DNA of 64,000 nt, from IMG/VR virus record IMGVR_UViG_3300037743_000134, positions 1 through 64,000 of that record, one strand, 5' to 3'. This document shows, piece after piece, positions 8,159 to 17,611 of the stretch. Position 1 is the first letter of the stretch. Each line of letters begins with the position of its first letter. Under the pieces are notes generated by a model that saw nothing but the letters and a program-made list of their open reading frames with translations, was not told the origin of the DNA and did not search any database. The DNA comes from a virus. Taxonomy: Duplodnaviria; Caudoviricetes. The position numbers and the translations under genes were made by a program.

Positions 8159-9012
8159 GCAGCTACACCAAGCTTTTCCGCAGCATCATTCATTCGACCA
8201 TCTGGCGGGCCGACGACTCGACACGCCTTGTGTGGGTGACGATGCTCGCGCTCGCGGACCGCGACGGGATGGTCGAGGCCTCGATTCCGGGCCTCGCCGA
8301 CGCTGCGCGCGTGACCGTCACACAGTGTCACGCTGCTCTTGTGACACTGCTCGCGCCGGACCATTACTCGCGGTCCCAGGAGGACGAAGGGAGACGGATC
8401 CGGGAGGTTCCGGGGGGCTGGGCCCTCGTCAACTACGTTGCCCACCGGGAGCGGTACGGCAAGGAGGAACGTCGCGAAAACGCACGAGAAAGACAGCGTC
8501 TTAAGCGCGAGCGTGACCGTCACGCAAAGTCACAGCCGTCACGCGCTGTCACGAAAAGTAACATATACGCAGAAGCAGAAGCACAGAGAGAACCCCCTAC
8601 CCCCTTGCCCGACGTGCCGAAGGCGCAGGCGCCCGCTCGCCGCGACCTGATGGCTCTGAGCTTGAACCCGCTGCGCGCCGACGTGCTCGAGCTCCACGCC
8701 GCCTACCGCGCCGCGTTCGGTCTGGCGCATCACAAGCTCACCGGCTCGACCGACGTGAACGCGCTGCATCTCTCGGACGCGATCGACACGCACGGACTCG
8801 CGGCTTGTTTGCTAGTCCTGCGCTACGCGCCCGAGGACGGCATGGTCAGCGGCAAGGCGGACGAGCGCGGACAGAAGCACGAAAAAATCTCATACGTCTT
8901 CGGCAATCCGGACACGTTCGCGAGAATTCTACGCGCTGCCGAAAGCCGCGAAGGCAAGGCGTCTAACCAGGTTTCCGGGCGTGAGGCAGCAGCAAGGGCT
9001 CGAGAACTATGA
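8155..9012 (+). CDS. Phage replication initiator (lambda O-like position, N-terminal wHTH)
   Basis: MSSYTKLFRSI..STIW...VWVTMLALADRDG N-terminus typical of phage replisome organisers; central iteron-like repeats; precedes the helicase. Confidence 0.75.
   Translation: MSSYTKLFRSIIHSTIWRADDSTRLVWVTMLALADRDGMVEASIPGLADAARVTVTQCHAALVTLLAPDHYSRSQEDEGRRIREVPGGWALVNYVAHRERYGKEERRENARERQRLKRERDRHAKSQPSRAVTKSNIYAEAEAQREPPTPLPDVPKAQAPARRDLMALSLNPLRADVLELHAAYRAAFGLAHHKLTGSTDVNALHLSDAIDTHGLAACLLVLRYAPEDGMVSGKADERGQKHEKISYVFGNPDTFARILRAAESREGKASNQVSGREAAARAREL
8513..8590. promoter_or_regulatory. Putative replication origin iterons inside the initiator gene
   Basis: GTCAC at 8519, 8529, 8538 and 8548, GTAAC at 8558 (about 10-bp spacing), followed by an A-rich GCAGAA-repeat tract. 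Confidence 0.5.
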
Positions 9013-10910
9013 GCGCGCCGACGATCACGTTCTGGCGCAACCTGCTGGACCCGGAGGGCACGGAGCGCGTACTCGAGTGGGAGGCGCTGTTTGCGCGGTT
9101 CGAGCGCGTTGAACCGTTCCGCGGGCAGGACGAGCACCCGGGCTGGAGCCCTGCGAAGTTTTCGCCCTGTCGTCGCGGCCTGGAGAACGTCAAAAGCGTT
9201 TTCGCGGTCTGTCTGGACTACGACGGCGGCGAGCCCATCGACGCAGCACGAGCCGCCTGGCTTGGCTACCGCGGCTTTCTGCACACGACCCGTAAGCACA
9301 CATCCGATGCGCACCGGTTTCGCGTCATCCTGCCGCTCGTGCGCCCGGTCTCGCCGTACGAATTCGCTGCGCTGTGGCGAAGGGTCAACGCGCACGCCGG
9401 CGGCAGGCTGGACCCATCGCCGAAGGACCCGAGCCGGTTTTGGTTCGTGCCAGGCGCTGGCGATCACGAGGGCGCCGAGTATCGCAGCGAACGTTGGGAA
9501 GGCGCGTTGCTCGACCCAGACGAGTGGCTTTGCAAGCCCGAGCCAGCGCAGCCGCAAGCGCAGCGGAGCGTGCACGAAGACGCAACGGCACTCGAGCGGC
9601 GCGCGATTGCGTACATCGGCAAGATGCCAGCGGCGCTCAGTGGCAGCGGCGGACACAAGGCAACGTGGCAGGTAGCGCTGGTGCTAGCGAAAGGTTTCAA
9701 CCTCAACGAGCAAGCGACGCTGCGCATTTTGCTCGACCACTACAACCCACGATGCGAGCCCGCGTGGAGCGAAAAGGAACTCACACACAAGGCAAAGCAA
9801 GCGCAGAAGGCACGGACGCCAGACGGTTTCAAACTCGACGACGAGCGCGAGTGGACGAGCCAAAGTCGCGGATGGTCGGACGACGTCCCGCACGATGACG
9901 AGCCGCCGCCGGACTTCGTGGAAGATGAGCCGCCGATGCGCGAGCCAGGCGACGACACCAACGAGAAGACCAACGGCGCAGCGGCGACGGTGTCAGCTGT
10001 CGAGCGTTACGGTTTTCTGTCGATGCTCGACCTGATGCAGCAGGTTGCCGAGGAGCTCAACAAGCCTCGCCCACGGACCGGAGCACGCACCGGCAGCATT
10101 GATCTCGATGATGCGATCGGAGGCTTTCGTCACGGCAACGTGACCGTGTTTGGAGCCAAGCGCGGCTTTGGCAAAACCAGCTACGGCAACCTCGTCACCA
10201 GTCTCGCCATGCCGGACATCAACGTGCTCATGTTTGCAGGCGAAGACGCCGCGACCATGTACGGCAAACGTTTCCTTGCCGCACGCGCTAACCTGAACGC
10301 GATGCTACTGCGCGACTACCGGTGCAACCGGGACGACTGGCCACGCATTACGCAAGCGCTGACAGATGCGCCACGAAATCCGTTTTTCGTACGCTGCGCA
10401 GGGAAGCCGATCGAGTGGGTAGCAAAAGCCATCCGTGATGTTTCCAAAGAGCAGCGCGTCGACCTCGTGATCGTCGACTACCTGCAGAAGTTTCGCACCG
10501 CGAAGAAGCTGCAGGACCGACGCAACGAAGTGACATACGTCACGGCAACGCTACAGGACGCGATCAAAACAGCAGGCGCGGCGGGGCTCTTGTTCTCGCA
10601 GCTCAAGCGCACCGAGCGTCTCGAGCCGGACGTCGAGGACCTGAAAGAGAGCGGCGACATCGAGGACATGGCTGACCACATCCTGCTCGGCTGGAAGGTC
10701 GACGCGAACGGATCGCAAAAGCATGCGCAGCGTTTCATCAAGCTCGCCAAGAACAAAGACGGCACGGAGGCGAGCGAGGTGCAACCTGTGCCGATGCCGT
10801 GGAACGTGCGCACCGCAAACTTCGAAGAACAGAAAGCGCCGTTCAGCGAATTCGAGGACGGTTTCCAGGACGGTATGCGCGACTTTGACGATGAGGCTCG
10901 CTACCCATGA
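9009..10910 (+). CDS. Primase-helicase fusion: AEP-like primase, primase C-terminal domain and DnaB (SF4) helicase
   Basis: N-terminal VCLDYD / HTT..H...RFRVILPL; middle GGH.AT..VA...N.RC.P.WSEKEL..K; C-terminal TG..DLD..IGG, Walker A GAKRGFGKT, DnaB-type VIVDYLQ, LKESGDIE..AD. Confidence 0.85.
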   Translation: MSAPTITFWRNLLDPEGTERVLEWEALFARFERVEPFRGQDEHPGWSPAKFSPCRRGLENVKSVFAVCLDYDGGEPIDAARAAWLGYRGFLHTTRKHTSDAHRFRVILPLVRPVSPYEFAALWRRVNAHAGGRLDPSPKDPSRFWFVPGAGDHEGAEYRSERWEGALLDPDEWLCKPEPAQPQAQRSVHEDATALERRAIAYIGKMPAALSGSGGHKATWQVALVLAKGFNLNEQATLRILLDHYNPRCEPAWSEKELTHKAKQAQKARTPDGFKLDDEREWTSQSRGWSDDVPHDDEPPPDFVEDEPPMREPGDDTNEKTNGAAATVSAVERYGFLSMLDLMQQVAEELNKPRPRTGARTGSIDLDDAIGGFRHGNVTVFGAKRGFGKTSYGNLVTSLAMPDINVLMFAGEDAATMYGKRFLAARANLNAMLLRDYRCNRDDWPRITQALTDAPRNPFFVRCAGKPIEWVAKAIRDVSKEQRVDLVIVDYLQKFRTAKKLQDRRNEVTYVTATLQDAIKTAGAAGLLFSQLKRTERLEPDVEDLKESGDIEDMADHILLGWKVDANGSQKHAQRFIKLAKNKDGTEASEVQPVPMPWNVRTANFEEQKAPFSEFEDGFQDGMRDFDDEARYP

Positions 10911-10978
10911 CCCCCTGCGCCTCCCCGACCTGCCAGTCCGCGCCGCCGCACGCGCAGCTACGCTAAAATGGATCAGTA

Positions 10979-11632
10979 ATGAAAACAGTCACTGAACAGT
11001 TTGAAGACAAGTATTGCCCAGAACCGAACACCGGCTGCTGGCTTTGGTTTGGCGCTACGAGGAACGGGTATGGAGCATTTTTGATACGTGGGCATCGCAG
11101 TCAAATTCCGGCTCACCGTTGGGCATATGAACATTTCGTTGGGCCGATACCCGAAGGGCTAACGCTGGACCACTATCGGCTCAACCCTGGACCGAGAAAT
11201 GCGCCGTGCAGTCTGGTGTGCGTTAACCCGGAACACCTGGAGCCTGTTACGCGCAGCGAAAACTCTAGGCGCAACTGGTCCAGAATCGTGCTCGTCAAGG
11301 TTACGCTAGGACAGGCCGCAGAGATCAGAGAACGCCTGCTTCAGGGACAGCGTCAGATCGACATAGCCCGAGAGCTTGGAATCTCGAAGCAGACCATCTC
11401 CGCGATCAGCACGGGAGTAAGACGGTTCGGAACACTGGGTGAGCCAGGTAGCTTTTCTAAGGGAAAAGCGGCCGGTGAACGCAACGGGAGAGCCAAACGA
11501 GTGGACGTGAACGGCATCCGCGCCGCACGGGTCGCAGGGACCTCCTTTCGCGAACTGGCGAAGATGTTTGGCGTCAGCAAGACGCAGGTTCAACGGATAG
11601 TGCGCGGAGATAATTGGCAGATCAGGACATAG
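10979..11632 (+). CDS. HNH homing endonuclease (HNH_3-type) with two C-terminal HTH motifs
   Basis: CWLW.G....GYG...AHRWAYE..VGPIPEGLTLDH...CVNPEHLEPVT. Confidence 0.9.
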   Translation: MKTVTEQFEDKYCPEPNTGCWLWFGATRNGYGAFLIRGHRSQIPAHRWAYEHFVGPIPEGLTLDHYRLNPGPRNAPCSLVCVNPEHLEPVTRSENSRRNWSRIVLVKVTLGQAAEIRERLLQGQRQIDIARELGISKQTISAISTGVRRFGTLGEPGSFSKGKAAGERNGRAKRVDVNGIRAARVAGTSFRELAKMFGVSKTQVQRIVRGDNWQIRT

Positions 11633-14545
11633 TGAAAGCGATGACCAGTTCAGGATGTGAAGCGCCGGAATGCAAAACGGTCAATCCGATAAACCTCTGG
11701 ACCATCGGGCCACTCGTCAAAGGCGGCGGGACGATCCTGCTCTGTGGACCATGTTTGGCCCTATGGTGCGACTCGAAAGGCGCGAAGCCGCGCGAGCCGA
11801 TGGAGGTGCGGCGGTGACGACCATGCGGGCGCACTCAGATTGTCTGCGGGACGTGTGCTGCGTCGAAGGGCTGCGGTACCTCGGCGAACTCCCGAACGAC
11901 CAGCATGCGGACCCGGGCTGGCGACACGTGCGGCTCGACATTCGATGGATGGGCGGCACTCTCTCGAAACGCATCCGCTACTGTCCGTTCTGCGGCTCGT
12001 CGTTTCGGGAACCGTTGCCAACGAGTGAACTCGCGTCGATGCAACAAGACGCACGCGACGCCATACGCGAAGCGAAAGAGCTCGGCGCGCAGCTCGACGA
12101 AATCAGCCGCCAGAAAGCGCGCGGGGTGCGGCGGTGAGCTTACACGACATCCACTTGAGCTGGCTGACGCCATCACAGTGGCGGTACGGCAGAGTGACGG
12201 GCGTAAACCCGTGGCGCGGATGGGTCGCCGGGATCGAGCGCGAAGGTAAGATCGTGCGCTTGCGATTGCTGGGGCTGGTTGTTTCTGTCGAGGCCCGCAC
12301 ATGAGCAACACAACCGACGCCGACCTACTCCGCCGCGTGCTCGATCGCGACACGGAGATTTGCGAAACCGATAACGACCGCGCGCTGTACGTCAACGAGC
12401 GCGAAGCATTCATCTCGATGCTGACGCAGGTCGAGCGCTACGAGCTCACCGCGAAACAGAGGTCATGGTTGGAGGCCGCCGCCGTTCGCCTGGGCGTGCT
12501 CGACGTAGCGCCGGCCGCGAACGTGTTCTCGAGCCTGCCGCCAGCGGAGCAGCAACGGCACAAGGAGCGCGCGGCGAGTGTCGTTTTGCCGTGGGAGCGG
12601 CCTGGTTTTCGGCGTGCGTTGAAGCCGCCAGGTAGAATGTGATGCCTAACATCGTCACCACAAAACCAAAGCGCAGCTGGTTCATGTCGCTCGTACGCGA
12701 TCCATTCACGCTACAGGTCGAGTTCGTCGTGCCGCTCACGCTCCCGAGGCACATGCGCATCGTGAAGAAAACGAGGCACAGTTACCTGCGCTGCAAGTGC
12801 GGCTGCGAGCGGCGGGTTACGCTGTACTGGGCAGGCAAGATGCGCAACGGGAAACTCGTCGGACGGAAACGCCGCGCGGCATGTATCGGCGCGGTGACGT
12901 GGGCACGCGATCACGTGTGCAGGTCGGAGGTCTGATGGGTGACATCGTGGAGCTCGCCGCCGCCCGCACGCGCCGATCAAGTGGCGACTACATCGAGTGC
13001 CGCTTGGGCGACGAATGCATCGAGATCGTGATCTACAAGCGCGGCGGCGTGCATACTGTATTCGACATGTCACCCCGTGGTGCCGCTGCGTTTGCGCGCG
13101 GACTGTTGGCGCTTGCGGCGAGTGCCCGCAACGAAAGCCGCGAGCCATGAGCAACGCCCGCAATCACCTCGAGTCCCTGTTCGCGCAGATGCACGAGTCC
13201 CAGCTACGCGAACAATTGCACAAAGAGGAAAAAGCGAAACACGAAGCGGAGATTGCGCGGCTCATGCTGGAGCACGTGACGAAACATCTCGAGCTGCCGG
13301 ACATCGAATGGCCGGGGGTTAAATCATGAAACCAAGCGACGAAGTCCCGAAGCTGACTGTCGGAGGCGAACTCGACCTGAGACTCGACGGCCCGGACATC
13401 ACGACGTTGGCGTATGAGACTCCGCCGTTGACGATGACGATCAGGCAGCCCGAGCCGCGCCAGTTGCGCATCCCGCCGCGCGTGATGGAGATCGCGAAGA
13501 AGCACACGCCGGAGGGCCAGGGGTACATCAGCGATAGCGAGTTGGTTTACGCGATGCTCGAGTATCTGTGCGAGATGGAGGAGCGGAAACCATGAAACCA
13601 AGCGAACAGATCAAAGCGGCCGCGCGTAAGTTTTTCATCGTCACGTTTACCGGTACGACAGACGACAATGTGCGCCACCTGCACGGGATCAACGACGCGC
13701 TGCTCGTCTACCTCGACGAGCTCGAGGAGCGCGTGCGGAAGCTCGAGGCGAGGGCGAAAGGGAACGCGAGGCCGTGACGGAAAGCACCAAGCACGTCTGG
13801 CTCCAAGACGAAGCACCGAAGGTGACCGTCGTGGCTGACGAACTCGGCATTAGGCTCACCGTGCGCGACGGCGAAACGGTCTGGCTCGGTCACTGGGAAG
13901 CTGTAGAGATCGGCATCGAGCTGATCCAATGCGCAGAGCGCACGCGACACGTTGGGGCTTGGGCGCAGAGCGAGACGAAAGGGAGGACAGACCCATGACC
14001 CCAGTCAACAAGCTCGCGTACATCGCCGAGCTCCGCGAGTCGCTCAAGCGGGCCCGCACGTGCGGCGAGTGTAGGCATTGGCTCGGTCTGGCAGCGGAGC
14101 CGCATCATACCGTGCTCGAAGGTCACTACATCTGCCTGGCCATCACGCGCGCGTCTGTGCTGCCTCACGTCCCGAATCGGACGCGCCGTGTGCTGGCGCG
14201 TGGTCTTGATGGACAAGAGGCGCAGGTGTTCACGCGACGCGACTTCGGTTGCACGCTCTGGCAGAAAAGCGAACCGGACAGCGAGGCGGCGGGGACGAAG
14301 GGATTGCCATGAGCGCCGCCAAGGTCCGCCGCAAGCTGACGCGCATCCAGCGGGAGCGGCATCGCGACCGAGTCATCGGAGATCTGGCCACGTTTACGAA
14401 GGCAGACATCGAAGCCATGCGCGGCAAGCCCAAGCTGTCGACGCGCATAACAGACTACGCCGGCACGAAGAAGCACGCCGGGTACACGAAGTTCAGCATC
14501 GGGGCGATATTCAGGGCGGGTAAAACGAAAACGCCCGGCTTGTGA
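11632..14545 (+). CDS. Cluster of about 13 small coupled hypothetical early ORFs (e.g. 11641-11817, 11814-12137, 12134-12304, 12301-12642, 12642-12935, 12935-13150, 13147-13329, 13326-13595, 13592-13777, 13774-13998, 13995-14312, 14309-14545)
   Basis: Continuous chain of ATGA/GTGA overlaps; several CxxC motifs; no family recognised. Confidence 0.55.
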
Positions 14546-14594
14546 CCGGGCGCTCTCAAGTCGCTGTGGCGGCGTACTTGAGAGGAAATCCTAC

Positions 14595-15398
14595 ATGGCA
14601 AACGCGATCCACGCAACCGACACGCCGCGCGTCAGTCTCCGCCACCCGACCGACTCCGCCGAGCTCCGCTGGTACTTTTCCCATGGCGGACTGGCAGTTT
14701 TCCAAACGAGCACGTTCGGTTCTCAGCTCGAGCGCATGCGCATGTTCGCCTATGGCGGACGGACGTGCGAGCCATGCGCCGGGCTCGGGTTCGTGCCGAG
14801 CAAACCCGACGTCTGGCGGGCTGCCACCGAGCGCGAACGCGAGCTGCTTTCGTTCGTGGGCATCAACGCCGACGAGCTCGTGCCGCCGCTTGCGGACCAG
14901 GTTTGCAAACCGTGCGGCGGGCGCGGCTGGCAACCGTCGCAGAGCCGGACCAATGCACGCGCGCCCCTGACGGCGCGTCCACGGGGCTCCAGCGTAAAGG
15001 GCAAGCCGGGCGGCGTGGACGTCGGCGAGGTGAGCCTGGCTCGACTGGGAGCCGTCACGGCTCGCCTAAGCCGCATCTCGGCCGAGCACCGGCTGATACT
15101 GGACGCTTTCTACTCGCCCAGCGGTGGCGCCTTGGTGGCCCTGTACGAGGTCACGCCGGCCGGGAAGACGCTGCTCCGCCGGAACTCGCAACGACTCTCG
15201 CCGAGGCAATTCTTCGAAAACGAATCGGCTGCGCAGGCGGACAAGCACGATCGCCAGCGAGGAGCGCTGCTCGAGACCGCGGAGACGCAGGCGGCGGAGA
15301 TACACCGCGAGGCGTGCGCAGCGTGGGAGGCTACGCGGCACAGGGAAGCCCGGGACGTCCGTGCGCTGGCCCTTGCCATGCTGGGCGACGAATCGTGA
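14595..15398 (+). CDS. Putative late-gene regulator (Q-like position) with DnaJ-type CxxCxGxG zinc-finger motifs
   Basis: GAGGA RBS; CEPCAGLG and CKPCGGRG; last large early gene before the late operon. Confidence 0.45.
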   Translation: MANAIHATDTPRVSLRHPTDSAELRWYFSHGGLAVFQTSTFGSQLERMRMFAYGGRTCEPCAGLGFVPSKPDVWRAATERERELLSFVGINADELVPPLADQVCKPCGGRGWQPSQSRTNARAPLTARPRGSSVKGKPGGVDVGEVSLARLGAVTARLSRISAEHRLILDAFYSPSGGALVALYEVTPAGKTLLRRNSQRLSPRQFFENESAAQADKHDRQRGALLETAETQAAEIHREACAAWEATRHREARDVRALALAMLGDES

Positions 15399-15829
15399 CG
15401 CCGACGGTGCAGTGCTCGCTGATGACCCTGCGCCAAGCCGAGGTATGGCTCGGAATGCGTCCTACGGCCAAAGGGCGCGGACTGCTGCGTGTGCTCATCG
15501 CCCGCGAAAAGGAGCTCGGCAAGCCGATCCTCGTGCGGTCTCGGGGCAAGCGCCGGATCGGCCGCTACCGGGTCTCGCGCGGCGCCCTCCGGCGGCACTG
15601 CCGGCACCTGTTGCCGTCCAAGGTGGACGAACTGCGCGATAGGTTTGCCGAATTCCTGCGCGGCGTCGACGAACGCATCGAGACCAGCGTGACCTCGCAC
15701 GTGGCCGAACACGTCGATCCGCAGATCGAGGAGCTGTGGCATAGGGACGAAGTGCAGGCCGAAGCGATCAAAGAGCTTGCGATCAGGCTAAAACGCATGG
15801 CCGAAGTGGCCGCGAATAATGGGACGTAG
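15395..15829 (+). CDS. Putative HTH DNA-binding protein with C-terminal coiled coil
   Basis: MTLRQAEVWLGM...RYRVSRGALRRH resembles an Xis-like wHTH; GTGA coupling. Confidence 0.45.
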   Translation: MTPTVQCSLMTLRQAEVWLGMRPTAKGRGLLRVLIAREKELGKPILVRSRGKRRIGRYRVSRGALRRHCRHLLPSKVDELRDRFAEFLRGVDERIETSVTSHVAEHVDPQIEELWHRDEVQAEAIKELAIRLKRMAEVAANNGT

Positions 15830-15846
15830 TGGGACGTGATGGGACG
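15820..15846 (+). repeat. TGGGACG x3 at exact 10-bp period
   Basis: Copies at 15820, 15830 and 15840. Confidence 0.9.
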
Positions 15847-16052
15847 CTTTGAGCACGTCCTATGAGAGCCACGCGCCTCGCGCGGGGTGCCTGTTCGATG
15901 CTCACCTCCGAATACACGCGCCGCATCAGCGCCGGCCGAGAGCCCGTCATCCAGCCGAAGCGGCAACGCACGCACGCCGGACGCGCCCTCGTGGCCAGCA
16001 TCGCCGAGCGCATCGAAGCGAAGGCCGCGCGGGCGAAACGCAGGGCGGCAGC

Positions 16053-16745
16053 GTGATACGGGTCAAAATCGACGCGAAGAAAGCGCTCGAAGACCTGCGC
16101 AGTTTCCGCAAAAAGGCCGTGCCCTACGCGCTCCGAAACGCGGTCAACACGGCTGCCTTCGAAGGCCGCAAAATCTGGCAGGGCGAGATCAAGCGCTCGT
16201 TCACGCTCCGCAACCAGTTCACGACGCGCTCGATTCGCGTGGAGAAAGCGCGCAACCCGCGCATGATCATGGCCGTGCTCGGCTCCGTGGCGCCCTACAT
16301 GGCGAAGCAGGAAGAGGGCGGCACCGTCAGGGGACGTAGCGGCAAAAAGGCGATTCCTGGACCCGTAGCGGCTGGGCAAAGGCCTGGCGCAAAGCGCACG
16401 AGGCTAGTCCGTGCAGGGTTCAGACTCGGCGCAATCAAGGTCCCTAGGCTCAGGACGGGAAGCCGTATCCAACGCAACGCTGTGGCGATTGCCATGGCCA
16501 AGCGTAGGGGTCAGAAGTTCGCCCTGTTGCAACGCCCCAAGGGGGGCAAAGGGCTGTTTCTTCTTGGTGGAGGAAAACGCAAGGCCTCTACCAAGCTCCT
16601 CTACGACGTGAGCCGAAGTTCAGTGCGTGTGCCCGCAGCACCTACGCTCGCACGCACGATGCATCGCATGAACGCACGCACACCAGCAATAGTGCATGCA
16701 GCAGTACTGAAAGAGCTGAGACGCAACAAGGTTTTTGGATACTGA
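16053..16745 (+). CDS. Lambda gpZ-like / minor tail completion-like protein upstream of terminase
   Basis: Basic protein with A...A.N.AAF..R......F..R..FT.RSI.V.KA pattern; GTG 16053 overlaps the stop of small ORF 15898-16056. Confidence 0.55.
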   Translation: MIRVKIDAKKALEDLRSFRKKAVPYALRNAVNTAAFEGRKIWQGEIKRSFTLRNQFTTRSIRVEKARNPRMIMAVLGSVAPYMAKQEEGGTVRGRSGKKAIPGPVAAGQRPGAKRTRLVRAGFRLGAIKVPRLRTGSRIQRNAVAIAMAKRRGQKFALLQRPKGGKGLFLLGGGKRKASTKLLYDVSRSSVRVPAAPTLARTMHRMNARTPAIVHAAVLKELRRNKVFGY

Positions 16746-16957
16746 GCACCTACATTCACGAAGTGCCTATATTTATGCTTGTTTCACGTTCGAAACGAAG
16801 CGAAGCATGATGTGCATTGTGAATGATGCGAAATAAGCTTGTTTTTGGCTGCGAAACGCAAAGGTACTGTGGAAAACCACTACGCCGTGTGCGCGTTTGA
16901 TTGCGACGTGCCCAATATCCCGACATTTTGAGGTTCTTTCAGATTTGAAATCGTCCG
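16746..16957. other. AT-rich intergenic region, candidate cos/packaging site and late promoter
   Basis: Only long AT-rich gap, directly before the terminase small subunit of a lambda-GpA-type system; contains imperfect inverted repeats. Confidence 0.45.
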
Positions 16958-17611
16958 ATGCCACACCTGATTTCCCGGTCGGCATTCGCGCGCCTGGCCG
17001 GTGTAACCCCCGGGGCCATCACGGTTGCCTGCCGGGGCGAGCTCGGAGCGGCTAGTCACGGTGACAGAATCGATACCGACCACGCGGCGGCGCAAGCCTA
17101 CCTCGAGCGAGTGAGCACCCCGGACCCTGCTCGGACCGGGAGCCGCAAACGACGCCCAACCCGTCCCGGGCCCAAGCCCTCGCGCCGACCGAATCGCGAC
17201 AGGCAGGCCGAAGCGGTAGCCGAAGCCGGACCGCCCTCGGACGATATCGAGAGCTTTGCGGAGATGACCCTCCGTGAACTCGTCGAGAAGTTCGGGACCG
17301 ACCGGCGCTTCCGGGACTGGCTCGATGCGCTGAAAAAGCTCGAGGACATCCGCGGCGCGCGGCTCGACAACGACGAGACCGAAAAGCGGCTCATCTCGTT
17401 CGAGCTCGTCCAAACACACATCCTTGGGCTCGTAGACTCGGCGTTTCGCCGGCTCCTACGGGACGCCCCGAAGACGGCCGCGCTACGAGCTCACTCGGCG
17501 GTGCGGGCGAATGCCTCCGTCGAGGAAATCGAGCGTCTCATACGCGAGATCAACTCGAGCCACATCACGCACCTGAAGGCTCGCGCGACGCGCGTGCTGC
17601 GCAATGTCTGA
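16958..17611 (+). CDS. terS: Terminase small subunit
   Basis: N-terminal HTH (ISRSAFARLAGVTPGAIT) and Nu1-like C-terminal helices; overlaps the large subunit start. Confidence 0.8.
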   Translation: MPHLISRSAFARLAGVTPGAITVACRGELGAASHGDRIDTDHAAAQAYLERVSTPDPARTGSRKRRPTRPGPKPSRRPNRDRQAEAVAEAGPPSDDIESFAEMTLRELVEKFGTDRRFRDWLDALKKLEDIRGARLDNDETEKRLISFELVQTHILGLVDSAFRRLLRDAPKTAALRAHSAVRANASVEEIERLIREINSSHITHLKARATRVLRNV

